Shown here piece by piece: positions 39,677 to 49,204 of a stretch of 64,000 nucleotides of DNA. Under the pieces are notes generated by a model. The model searched no databases. It was not told where the DNA came from and was given only the letters and a program-made list of their open reading frames with translations. This stretch comes from Fimbriimonas ginsengisoli Gsoil 348. Its GTDB lineage: Bacteria > Armatimonadota > Fimbriimonadia > Fimbriimonadales > Fimbriimonadaceae. Location: positions 1,498 to 65,497 of the forward strand of contig CAMCVK010000012.1 of NCBI GenBank assembly GCA_945881865.1, read 5' to 3'. Position 1 is the first letter of the stretch. Every line of letters starts with the position of its first letter. Made by a program: the position numbers and the translations under genes.

Positions 39677-40882
39677 CTATTTCGCGAGGTCCTGGGCGGC
39701 GAAAATCGGGAGGGCGACGCTGAGAACAACGAACCCTACGAACGCTCCCATGAACAAGACAATGAGGGGCTCCACCAAGGCGGTGAGCCGCTTTGTTCCA
39801 TTATCAACTTCAAAGTCGAGGCTGTCGCTCACACGTCCCAGCATTTTTGGTAGGTCGCCAGTTTCTTCGCCGATCGCGACCATGTGGGTGAGAACCGGTG
39901 GGAACGCGCCTGCATCGCGCATGGAATCCGCGATTGAGCGACCTTCCTTAACTTCCTCTTCCACCATTCGTGACTTTTCGAGAAAAACTCGGTTACCGGC
40001 GGCCTGACCGGCCAGGCTAAGCGCCTCCAAAATGGGAACGCCGCCGTAGACGAGCGTGCCAAGAACGCGCGCAAATCGCGAAACGGTCGCCTTTTGGATG
40101 ACGGGACCGATGACCGGTGCCTTCAGCAGGAACTGGTCCTTTGTTCTGGCTCCAGCGTCAGTCATCACCCAGGCCCGGAAGGCGACGACGAAGGCTACGA
40201 TTCCGCCGATCACGAGCGCCCAGTTGTTCGTGAGGAAGCCGGTGGTAGCCAGCAAGATCTGGGTCGTTACCGGGAGGTCGCTGCCAAGGTCGGCGAAGAT
40301 TCCCGAAAGACGCGGGACGACGAAGGTCAGCAGGAAGATGACCACGCCGACCGCGACCGTTGCCAGGATGATGGGATAGACCATCGCCGAGACGACCAGG
40401 CTCCTGCGCGCGACTTCCTTCTCTTGGAAATCGGCAAGTCGGCTGGCAACCTGCGGGAACTGGCCGCTGGCCTCACCCGCCCTCAGGGTCTGAATAAAGA
40501 CCGTTGGGAAGTACTTGGGATGCTTTCCGAGGGCCTCGGATACCGGTAACCCGGACCGAACGTCGTCGAGCGCCTGCTCGGCGATGTCCGTGAGCACGGC
40601 ACTTTCCGACTGCTCCGAGACGACTTGCAGCACACGGTCGAGCGGGAGGCCAGCGTCGGCGAGGTCGGCCATTCGCCGGGTGAAGAGGGCGAGCTCGGCC
40701 CGGTTCGGCTTTCCGCCCTTCGAGTTCGCCCGCTTGACGGCAACCCGGTGCTCTTTGATTTCGAGGACAAATCGGCCCTCGGCGAGAATCTGCGCCTTGG
40801 CAACCTCGACGTTTGCCGCGTCGAGGAATCCGGTTTTGCGCTTGCCCGAAGGTTCGAGCGCGGTGTAGGCGAAGGTTCCCAT
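39677..40882 (-). CDS. gspF: Inner-membrane platform GspF/PilC
   Basis: LALFTRRMA.L..AGLPL, AGEASG, YPIIL, IGEETGDLPKML, LVEPLIV. Confidence 0.93.
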   Translation of the reverse strand: MGTFAYTALEPSGKRKTGFLDAANVEVAKAQILAEGRFVLEIKEHRVAVKRANSKGGKPNRAELALFTRRMADLADAGLPLDRVLQVVSEQSESAVLTDIAEQALDDVRSGLPVSEALGKHPKYFPTVFIQTLRAGEASGQFPQVASRLADFQEKEVARRSLVVSAMVYPIILATVAVGVVIFLLTFVVPRLSGIFADLGSDLPVTTQILLATTGFLTNNWALVIGGIVAFVVAFRAWVMTDAGARTKDQFLLKAPVIGPVIQKATVSRFARVLGTLVYGGVPILEALSLAGQAAGNRVFLEKSRMVEEEVKEGRSIADSMRDAGAFPPVLTHMVAIGEETGDLPKMLGRVSDSLDFEVDNGTKRLTALVEPLIVLFMGAFVGFVVLSVALPIFAAQDLAK

Positions 40883-40884
40883 CC

Positions 40885-42474
40885 TTAGAATTCGTCCCTC
40901 TGGCAAACCCGCAAAATTTCTTCGGGGGTCGTTCGGCCAGCAAGAACGGCGATTCGGCCCTCGCCGAGGAGCGTGCGCATTCCTTGGCTAGCGATCGCAT
41001 AGTCGCGCATCGCATTGCTGGAGCTTTGCTCCACGGTCATGCGTCGAAGCGTTTCGTCGATTGTCAGCAGCTCGTAAAGGCCGACCCGGCCCCGATATCC
41101 CGATTTATTGCACTTATCGCAACCACGTCCGCGCCGGAACAAGCTGCCCTCGGGCACGGCATCGGGGTTGATTCCAATCGCCTGGAGCGATTCCGAAGTC
41201 GGAGTGATCTCCTCCGCGCAATTGGAGCAAATCTTTCGCACGAGTCGCTGGGCGATGACGCCCATCAGCGACGAGGCCACAAGATAGGGCTCCACTCCCA
41301 TGTCGAGAAGACGCGTTGTCGCGCCCGCCGAGTCGTTCGTGTGCAGCGTTGAGAAAACAAGGTGACCGGTGAGAGCGGCATTGATCGCGATGTCGGCGGT
41401 TTCCTGGTCGCGGATTTCGCCAACCATGATGACGTCGGGGTCCTGCCGAACGATGGATCGAAGCCCGTTCGCAAACGTCAGGCCGATGTTTGCCCGAACT
41501 TGAATCTGGCTAATTCCCGCGACCTGATACTCAACCGGGTCTTCGATGGTGAGAATATTCGTCGTCGGCGACCAGATCTCCTGCAGCGACGCGTAGAGCG
41601 ACGTGGACTTGCCAGAACCGGTTGGACCGGTGGCGAGGATAATGCCGTACGGAATCGAGATGAGCTTGCGGTATCGCTCCAGGACGTCCGGCTGCATGCC
41701 CAACTCTTCCAGGCCCAGCATCGCCGTGCCCTTGTCAAGAATTCGCATGACCGCGCGTTCGCCGTAAACCGTCGGAACAATCGAAAGTCGGATATCGACC
41801 GAGCGGCCGGCGATCGTGATCTTGATTCTTCCGTCTTGCGGAAGGCGGCGCTCGGCGATGTTGAGCTCGCCAAGAATCTTGAGGCGGGAAATCAGCGCCG
41901 CGTGCATCCGCTTCGGCGGGCGCATCATGTCTTGCAGCATGCCGTCGATTCGGTATCGAACCTTCACGTCCCGCTCGTATGGCTCGATATGGATGTCGCT
42001 GGCCCCGTCGCGAACGGCCTGGGCAAAGATTAGGTTCGCCATCTGCACGACGGCGGTTTCGCCCGCCATCTTCGTGAGGTCGGCTAGGTCGGTCGAATCA
42101 TCGACTTCGGCAATCGCCGAATCATCCCCCGGCAGCTGAGAAAGAATCCGCTCAAGGAAGAACTCCTCGATCTTCTCTTTGATCAGGGCCGGGTCGGCGA
42201 GCACCGCGTAGGTTGGCCGCCGGACCAAAATTCCCAAATCGTCTACCGCGCGCAGCCCGAGGAGGGAACCAACGGCAACCACAAGCGTCTCACCTTCTAT
42301 CGCAAGGGGCAGAACCTGGTGCTTGAGGGCGTACTCGCCCGGCGCAAGCTCAAGGGCCGCAACCTCGGGCTTAACGAGCGATAGGTCAACCGTTTCCATG
42401 CCGTCCGCATCCGGGCCGGACATCGGATCCGGAAGGTTATCGTCGGAAGGACGTAGGGAAAGGTTCAGGCTCAT
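40885..42474 (-). CDS. gspE: Secretion ATPase GspE/PilB
   Basis: ASDIHIEP, ERRLPQDGR, GPTGSGKST, TIEDPVEY, RQDPDVIMVGEIRD, CxxC Zn motifs. Confidence 0.95.
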   Translation of the reverse strand: MSLNLSLRPSDDNLPDPMSGPDADGMETVDLSLVKPEVAALELAPGEYALKHQVLPLAIEGETLVVAVGSLLGLRAVDDLGILVRRPTYAVLADPALIKEKIEEFFLERILSQLPGDDSAIAEVDDSTDLADLTKMAGETAVVQMANLIFAQAVRDGASDIHIEPYERDVKVRYRIDGMLQDMMRPPKRMHAALISRLKILGELNIAERRLPQDGRIKITIAGRSVDIRLSIVPTVYGERAVMRILDKGTAMLGLEELGMQPDVLERYRKLISIPYGIILATGPTGSGKSTSLYASLQEIWSPTTNILTIEDPVEYQVAGISQIQVRANIGLTFANGLRSIVRQDPDVIMVGEIRDQETADIAINAALTGHLVFSTLHTNDSAGATTRLLDMGVEPYLVASSLMGVIAQRLVRKICSNCAEEITPTSESLQAIGINPDAVPEGSLFRRGRGCDKCNKSGYRGRVGLYELLTIDETLRRMTVEQSSSNAMRDYAIASQGMRTLLGEGRIAVLAGRTTPEEILRVCQRDEF

Positions 42475-43217
42475 AGATTGATTCGCTTTATCGAGTGAAG
42501 GACGGTTCGCGGAACCCAGCGAGGGTTCGACCGCAAATATGGTGACGTGCCGAAGAACGAAAAGTTCTCCGCCTCTCCCTCATCTTGCCCCCAACCATGC
42601 CGTAACCTACGGCCCTCTAGGACGTTCCGGTTCCTATCGCGACTTCTCTTCAGTCTATCTTCAGCGGGGATCACGCGCGACGAGCGGCAAAAATTTATCC
42701 TTCGGTAACTGTTTTCCCGTTCACCAGTTCGTGCATCCTGCCTTCCATCTGCACGATGCCACAGCTGTAACTGCCGTTTTTCGTTCCCTTAACCAATTCT
42801 GGAAAATTTTGAAGAATTTCCTGTCAGAGAACTTAGTTCGTCGTAAAGTTAAGTTGCCAATTCTGTTGGCATCTACTTTGGATTTTAGGACGGAGAGCAT
42901 ATTTTGTAGGCCCACTTCCCAGTGTCGGCCGACGACGACGCGAATGGCTAAGTTCGCCTCCTGAAAAAGCTCTACAATGTCCCCGTATATTTGCGGCCCG
43001 GTTGCCGCGCTCTTTAGTGTTTGTTTCGTCGTTAGCTACGGACAGTTTGCGTTCAGCGTGAACGGGAACCCGGTCACGGCTGAGTTGAAGTACCAGCGAG
43101 GGGTCGCCCAACCCAAGGTATCGCCGAATGCCCGGCGACAAAGGCGCAAGAAGCCGCCGGCCGGCTGAGCAAACCAAACGTTGCGCTCCAAATGGCAGTT
43201 TTGGGTAGGGTACGGGC

Positions 43218-45956
43218 ATGTTCGTAATGATCGGGCGATTTTCGCTTTGCCTAGCGGCTCTCAGCTATGGGTCGTTTGCCGCCGCACAGCTGGCCAATCC
43301 AACGCCGCCGGCGGCTCAGGCGCCGGCTCCCGCAAAGAAGACGCTCCTCAAGCCTTCCGAGTACAAGAACCTCGACTCGATCGTTGACGCCGACATCTGC
43401 AAAGATGGACGCTGGTCGCGATACATGCTGGTTCCCGTCGATGGCATCACGCGGCTGGAAATCCGCAAGAACGACGAGGCCACCACGTACACCATTCCCA
43501 ACGGAGCAGCCGCGCGGTTTTCCGACGATAGTCGTTACGCGGCCTACATGATCGTGCCGCCGCGAGAAGTCGCCGAGCGCTTGCGCGCCGAACGCAAACC
43601 GGTGATCTCGAAGCTCGGGATCCGCGAACTCGCATCCGGCACCGAAGTTCAGATCGAGGCCGTCGCCAGCTTCCAGATTTTGAAAGGCGGCAAGACACTG
43701 ATCGCACGCCGAACCCCGACCGAGGGCGATCCAGAAAGCCGCGCCGACCTGACGATTGTCGACCTCGCCACCCTGCGTCGAACCGCGATCACCAACGTTT
43801 CCGACTATGCGGCGAATGAGAAGGAAGATGCCCTCGCTCTAGAGGTCATCGGCGGCAACGGAGAGCGTGGCGTCCAGACTTACGAGATTTCGACCGGGGC
43901 CATGCGCACGGTTTATTGGAGCAAGGACGACATCGCTGGCCTCACCTGGGCGAAGGATGTCGACACCCTCGCCTTCATGGCGGGCACGGCAAAAGACAGT
44001 AAGGTTGGCGTGCCGTACCGGGTTCTGGTCAGCAAGAATCCTCGCGACCTTGCCCCGACGGTGGTGACGTACAGCACCGAGAAGGATGCCGGGATCCCCA
44101 AAGACCATCGAATTGCCGAGTTCCGTGGCCTCTCATTGAACGATGCCGGTACCCGCCTCGCTTTTGGCGTGCAGGCTTGGAAAGACAAACCGACGCCAAA
44201 GAAGCCGACCGAGTTCCCGGATGTTGAAGTTTGGAATGCGAAAGACGTAGATCTTGTCTCGCAGCAGAAGGTCCAAGCCAACGCAATCAAGGCTCAAACC
44301 AAATTGGTGATCTGGACGGTCGGCGCCGAAAAAGCTCGCATCGTGCAGGACGACCTGCGCGACGGCGTGAGTCCGATTGGCGACTTCTCGAAGGTCATCG
44401 TTAGCACCGAGCGCCCGTACGAATCTGCCGTCACCAGCGGCTGGACTTACCAAGATGTGAATCTTGTCGACAGTGAAACCGGCGCGGTCACGCCGGTCCT
44501 GAAGAAGGTGCATTTCGGCATCGTCCCGAGCCGGGAAGGGAAGTTCTTGGCCTACTTCCAGGACAAGCGATGGAAGCTCTACGACATTGCGAAAGCTCAG
44601 CACATCGACTTTGCCGCGACGAGCAAGGCGAATTTTGAGGACACCCTCGTCGACTACATCGTTCCGGAAAAGCCGCCGGTGGATACCCCAACGTGGTTTG
44701 CGAATGACGAAGCGGTCGTTGTTCGTGACGAGTTCGATGTATATCTCTATCGTCCGGCCACTAAGGGATTTGAGAAGATCACGAACGGTCGCGGAGATTC
44801 CATTTCGTCCGACGTTCTCGACATTCGGCGCGATCCAGACGGGATGAAGATCACGGATCCCATCTTCTTTTCGCAATTCAATCGGAAAACGAAGGCGAGC
44901 GGATTCGCGGTTCGATCGACCAGCGGCCAGTTCAAGACCCTCGCGATGGACGAGAAGCTACTCACGAGTCTGAGGCAAGCCACCGAGACCGACCGGGTCC
45001 TGTTCGTCATGGGCTCGTTCGCCGAGTCCCCGAACATTTACGTTACGAACACCGCTTTCTCCGCGATCAAGCCGATCACGAAGACGAACCCGCAGCTGAA
45101 GGACGCGCTTTGGGGCAAATCGGTCCTCGTCAACTACAAGAGCCGATGGGGAGTCGAGCTGCAGGGCATCCTGATGTATCCGGCCGATTACTCGCCAGAC
45201 CGCCGCTACCCCATGGTGACCTACATCTACGAGAGGCTTAGCGACGACCTTCACCGCTTCGTTCGGCCGATCGAGTTCTCGTCCTACAACGAGCAGATCT
45301 TCGCCCAGAACGGCTACTTCGTCTTCAAACCAGACATTGCCTACCGAGAATCCAGCCCGGGACAGGACGCGGTCGACTGTCTGGAGCCAGCCGTGCAAGC
45401 GGTTCTCAAGCTGCGGGCTGGGGTCGATCCGGATCGACTCGGACTGATGGGCCACTCCTGGGGTGGCTACCAGACCGCGTTCGTCACGACGGTAAGCAAG
45501 CTATTTAAGGTCGGGGTTGCGGGTGCACCGCTCACCGAATTGACGAGCATGTACAACATGAACTACGGGAACGCCGGGATTGCGAACCAGATCATCTTCG
45601 AAACGAGCCAGGGCCGATTCGCCAAGCCGTTCTGGGAGATGCCCAAGAACTATCTCGATAACAGCCCGATCTGGCAGGCGAAGAATCGCACGGCTCCGCT
45701 ACTCATGACGTTCGGCGACGCCGATGGCGCGGTCGACTGGAAGCAGGGCCTGATGTTCTACAACACGTTGCGGCGGCAAGGGAAACCGTGCGTCATGCTG
45801 CTGTACCCGGGCGAAAATCACAACTTCACCCGCCGGCCCAACCAGTTGGATTACGGCAAGCGGCTGCGCCACTTCATGGACGTTTACTTGAAGGGCGCGA
45901 AGCCGGAAACGTGGATCACGGACGGCGTGCCCTTCACGCCGTTGGCCGATCGGTAG
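43218..45956 (+). CDS. Secreted S9 prolyl oligopeptidase family protein
   Basis: Signal peptide, beta-propeller, GHSWGGY nucleophile elbow, GDADGAV, GENH. Confidence 0.9.
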   Translation: MFVMIGRFSLCLAALSYGSFAAAQLANPTPPAAQAPAPAKKTLLKPSEYKNLDSIVDADICKDGRWSRYMLVPVDGITRLEIRKNDEATTYTIPNGAAARFSDDSRYAAYMIVPPREVAERLRAERKPVISKLGIRELASGTEVQIEAVASFQILKGGKTLIARRTPTEGDPESRADLTIVDLATLRRTAITNVSDYAANEKEDALALEVIGGNGERGVQTYEISTGAMRTVYWSKDDIAGLTWAKDVDTLAFMAGTAKDSKVGVPYRVLVSKNPRDLAPTVVTYSTEKDAGIPKDHRIAEFRGLSLNDAGTRLAFGVQAWKDKPTPKKPTEFPDVEVWNAKDVDLVSQQKVQANAIKAQTKLVIWTVGAEKARIVQDDLRDGVSPIGDFSKVIVSTERPYESAVTSGWTYQDVNLVDSETGAVTPVLKKVHFGIVPSREGKFLAYFQDKRWKLYDIAKAQHIDFAATSKANFEDTLVDYIVPEKPPVDTPTWFANDEAVVVRDEFDVYLYRPATKGFEKITNGRGDSISSDVLDIRRDPDGMKITDPIFFSQFNRKTKASGFAVRSTSGQFKTLAMDEKLLTSLRQATETDRVLFVMGSFAESPNIYVTNTAFSAIKPITKTNPQLKDALWGKSVLVNYKSRWGVELQGILMYPADYSPDRRYPMVTYIYERLSDDLHRFVRPIEFSSYNEQIFAQNGYFVFKPDIAYRESSPGQDAVDCLEPAVQAVLKLRAGVDPDRLGLMGHSWGGYQTAFVTTVSKLFKVGVAGAPLTELTSMYNMNYGNAGIANQIIFETSQGRFAKPFWEMPKNYLDNSPIWQAKNRTAPLLMTFGDADGAVDWKQGLMFYNTLRRQGKPCVMLLYPGENHNFTRRPNQLDYGKRLRHFMDVYLKGAKPETWITDGVPFTPLADR

Positions 45957-45957
45957 C

Positions 45958-47196
45958 GTGGCCGATGTTGTCGTTGTAGGCGCCGGAGCGGCGGGAATCA
46001 TCGCCGCCTGGCGGGCCGCTTCGCTCGGCGCGTCGGTTCGACTCATCGAGAAGACGAACCGGCTGGGGACGAAAATCCTGATCTCCGGCGGCGGAAAGTG
46101 CAACATCACGCACGACGGGCCGCTGGAGGACGTCCTCAAGGCATTCCGGCCGAACGAAGCCAGGTTCATCCGGCCTTCCTGCTACCGCTTCCGGAATCAC
46201 GAAATCGTCGAGATGCTGACCAGCCGTGGGCTGAGGGTCTACACACGTCCCGACGGAAGGATTTTCCCGGTGGATCAGACCGCTAAGGACGTCGTGGCCA
46301 TTTTGCAAAGCTATTTGGATGACGTTCGCGTTCGGCTTGAGCTGGAAAGTTCGGTTTTGGCCATCACCGCGACAAATGGGAAGATCCGCGGCATCGAGAC
46401 GTCGGCGGGGCCGATTCCGACCGATCGCCTCGTGGTCGCCGTTGGCGGAGCAAGCTATCCCAGCAGCGGCACGACCGGTGACGGCTGGCCCTGGCTGGAA
46501 GGTCTTGGGCACACCATCGTGAAGCCGCGCGCGGCGCTCTCCCCGATCTATCTCGACGCCGAGAATCTTCAACCGGAGTTTAGCGGCGTAGCTTTGCGGA
46601 GCGTCACGCTGCGTGCGCGGAAAAACGGCAAGGAAATCGACCGCTGGACCGGCGACCTTTTGTTCACGCACAAAGGGGTCAGCGGGCCAAACGCGCTAGG
46701 GATCAGCCGGATCGTCGCCGAGCATTTTGGCGGCGGACCGGTAACGCTGGACGTTGACCTCTTTCCAAACGAGCCTCCCGAAGACCTCGCGGCGCGCCTA
46801 CTGGCCTTCTCGCAGGCAAACCCAACTCGTCGTGTCGTCACGTTTTTTGAAGAGGTCGTTCCCGAACGGCTTCAGGCGTTCGTGCTGGCGCAAGCCGCCA
46901 TCGAGTCGACGACGGTGTTTGGCAAGCTAGAAAGAAAATCGCGTAACCGCCTCGCCGACACGCTTCGTCGGTTGGAGCTTGGCCGGGTTCGTCATGTGCC
47001 GCTAGAGAAAGGGGAAGTCACCGCCGGAGGTGTATCGCTAGATGAAGTCGACCCGCAAACGATGACCAGCCGTAAGGTGCAGGGCCTGTTTCTTTGCGGG
47101 GAAGTGATGGATATTGCGGGACCCGTGGGCGGCTACAACCTCCAGGCCGCGTTTGCCACCGGATTTGTTGCCGGCGAGACCGCCGCAAAGGCGTAA
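45958..47196 (+). CDS. NAD(P)/FAD-dependent oxidoreductase, HI0933/BaiN family
   Basis: VGAGAAG, KILISGGGKCN, GRIFP, LFTHKGVSGP, VTAGGV, GGYNLQAAF. Confidence 0.92.
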   Translation: MADVVVVGAGAAGIIAAWRAASLGASVRLIEKTNRLGTKILISGGGKCNITHDGPLEDVLKAFRPNEARFIRPSCYRFRNHEIVEMLTSRGLRVYTRPDGRIFPVDQTAKDVVAILQSYLDDVRVRLELESSVLAITATNGKIRGIETSAGPIPTDRLVVAVGGASYPSSGTTGDGWPWLEGLGHTIVKPRAALSPIYLDAENLQPEFSGVALRSVTLRARKNGKEIDRWTGDLLFTHKGVSGPNALGISRIVAEHFGGGPVTLDVDLFPNEPPEDLAARLLAFSQANPTRRVVTFFEEVVPERLQAFVLAQAAIESTTVFGKLERKSRNRLADTLRRLELGRVRHVPLEKGEVTAGGVSLDEVDPQTMTSRKVQGLFLCGEVMDIAGPVGGYNLQAAFATGFVAGETAAKA

Positions 47197-47205
47197 AATC
47201 GCCGC

Positions 47206-49182
47206 GTGAAAGATCTGCACGCTCCGGAGTATCGAAACCGCGTCTATGCGGGAGTTCTTGGAAAAATCATCGGCGTCTACGTGGGTCGCCCGTTCGAGCA
47301 GTGGCCGCAAGCCCAAATCGAGGCCAAGTTTGGCGAGATCGACCGATATGTCGCCGAAGAAGCCGGCGTGCCGTTGGTAGTTACCGATGACGATATTTCG
47401 GGCACGTTCACGTTCTTTCGCGCTTTCGAAGACCACGGCTTTGATCCGGATTTGACGCCGGAGCAGATCGGCAATACCTGGATGAACTACATCATCGAGA
47501 ATCGCGCGATTCTGTGGTGGGGTGGCGTGGGCATGTCGACCGAGCACACCGCGTTCCGGCGCATGCAGGATGGAGTGAAAGCACCGGAAAGCGGATCCAT
47601 CGCCCTCAACGGCCAGGTTGTCGCGGAGCAGATCGGAGCTCAGATTTTCATCGATGCCTGGGGGCTGATGTGCCCGGGCGATCCGGTGCTTGCGGCTGAC
47701 TTTGCCCGGCGAGCAGGTTCCGTAAGCCACGACGGCGAAGCCGTCTACGGAGCCCAAATGGTGGCCGCGATGGTCGCCGCGGCGTTCACGCACGACACGC
47801 CGGAGGCCGTCATCGAGGCGGCTTTGCCGGTGATTCCGGCGGATTGCCTCATTCGAAAATGTATCGACGACGTTTGGGAGTCGTTCAAACGCGGCGATAG
47901 CTGGCGAACCGGGCTGAAAATGATCCAGGCGAAGTGGGGCTACGACACCTACGGCGGCGGCTGCCACATCCTCCCGAACCACGCCCTCGTTATCCACGGC
48001 TTGCTTCACGGGCGTGGCGACTTCCGCGAGAGCATGCGCGTCACCAACACTTGCGCCTACGACACGGACTGCAACGCCGCTAACGTCGGCTGCATCGTTG
48101 GCGTGATGCGCGGATTGGCCGCGTTCGAGGGCGAATACGACTGGCGCGGGCCGGTCGCGGATCGAATGTTCCTTCCGACCGCCGATGGCGGCCGGGCGAT
48201 CACCGACGCGGTTCAGGAAGCCGACGCGATCATCCGGGCGGCATGCGCGCTCCAGAAGTCTGCCGCACCGGCAAAGAAGGCGAAGTTCAATTTTGAATTC
48301 CCAGGTTCCGTGCAGGGTTTCGAGGGCGAAGTGCTGAACGTGGAGGGTGCGTTGCAGGTTCAAGCTCCGGGCGCGTGGACGCGGACCTTTACGACGAAGT
48401 CGGACCGCGAGATGGGCGGATACGGTGTCTTGGCGAGTCCAACCCTTTACTCCGGTCAGGTCGTCACGCTGACCATTCAGGCGTCCTCGCCGTTCCAGAT
48501 TGGCCTGGAGATCGCCACCGACACCGTGGAAACGATCCTCTCGGAGCCTTACGAAGGTTCCGCCGACGTGCAGACGGTGCGCTTTACCGTGCCGGATACC
48601 AATGGAGCCCCGATTCAGCGGCTCGGCGTGCTCTCAGAAGCGGCGTTTCATATCCACAAAATCGACTTCTCCGGAACTCCGAACGTTCGGCTCGGCCGCC
48701 ATACGAAAGGGGAAGTTTGGCGCACCGCATGGGTCAGCGCGGTCGATGAATGGAATAACTGGGGGCCGGAAGACTTCCGTATCATCCAAAACCGAGGCAC
48801 CGGCCAGATTCTGTGCGGTACGCACGATTGGGCGAACTACTCCATCGAAACCACGGTGACCCCGCGCCTTTGCGAGTCCACCGGCATCGCGGTCAACGTT
48901 CAGGGCCTGCGCCGGCGGGTGGCGCTGAGAATCCGGCGAGATGGGCTGGCCGTCCTGGAAAGCGTTTTCGACGACAACGTCGTGCAGGTGGCCGCCCCGT
49001 TCGAGTGGAACTTTGACGATGCGATTCTGCTCCGGCTGGAGGCAAACGGGGAGGATGTCCGCGCGTTCGTGAACGGCGCGCAGATTCTCGAAACTCGCTC
49101 GCGGCTCACCCACGGCGGCGTTGCGCTTCTCGTGGAGTATGGGCGCGTGGAGTTCGGACCGGTAACCATCGCGCCGTTGTAG
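47206..49182 (+). CDS. ADP-ribosylglycohydrolase family protein with C-terminal beta-sandwich domain
   Basis: GKIIGV..G.P.E, VTDDD, AQIFID, VSHDGE, YDTDCNAANVG. Confidence 0.85.
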   Translation: MKDLHAPEYRNRVYAGVLGKIIGVYVGRPFEQWPQAQIEAKFGEIDRYVAEEAGVPLVVTDDDISGTFTFFRAFEDHGFDPDLTPEQIGNTWMNYIIENRAILWWGGVGMSTEHTAFRRMQDGVKAPESGSIALNGQVVAEQIGAQIFIDAWGLMCPGDPVLAADFARRAGSVSHDGEAVYGAQMVAAMVAAAFTHDTPEAVIEAALPVIPADCLIRKCIDDVWESFKRGDSWRTGLKMIQAKWGYDTYGGGCHILPNHALVIHGLLHGRGDFRESMRVTNTCAYDTDCNAANVGCIVGVMRGLAAFEGEYDWRGPVADRMFLPTADGGRAITDAVQEADAIIRAACALQKSAAPAKKAKFNFEFPGSVQGFEGEVLNVEGALQVQAPGAWTRTFTTKSDREMGGYGVLASPTLYSGQVVTLTIQASSPFQIGLEIATDTVETILSEPYEGSADVQTVRFTVPDTNGAPIQRLGVLSEAAFHIHKIDFSGTPNVRLGRHTKGEVWRTAWVSAVDEWNNWGPEDFRIIQNRGTGQILCGTHDWANYSIETTVTPRLCESTGIAVNVQGLRRRVALRIRRDGLAVLESVFDDNVVQVAAPFEWNFDDAILLRLEANGEDVRAFVNGAQILETRSRLTHGGVALLVEYGRVEFGPVTIAPL

Positions 49183-49204
49183 GCACGGGTACCCTCCGTT
49201 GCCA

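Noticed and set aside
42471-42674. 67-aa ORF whose stop overlaps the gspE start (ATGA)
   Set aside because: Composition is not protein-like and there is no RBS or homology evidence. Could be chance.
42865-42882. Sigma54-like TGGCAT-N5-TTGG
   Set aside because: The -12 GC dinucleotide is missing, and it is far from the nearest same-strand start.
15156-49182. DUF2971 (putative ART) and ADP-ribosylglycohydrolase as a writer/eraser pair
   Set aside because: They are 31 kb apart, with different composition and context. No linkage evidence.
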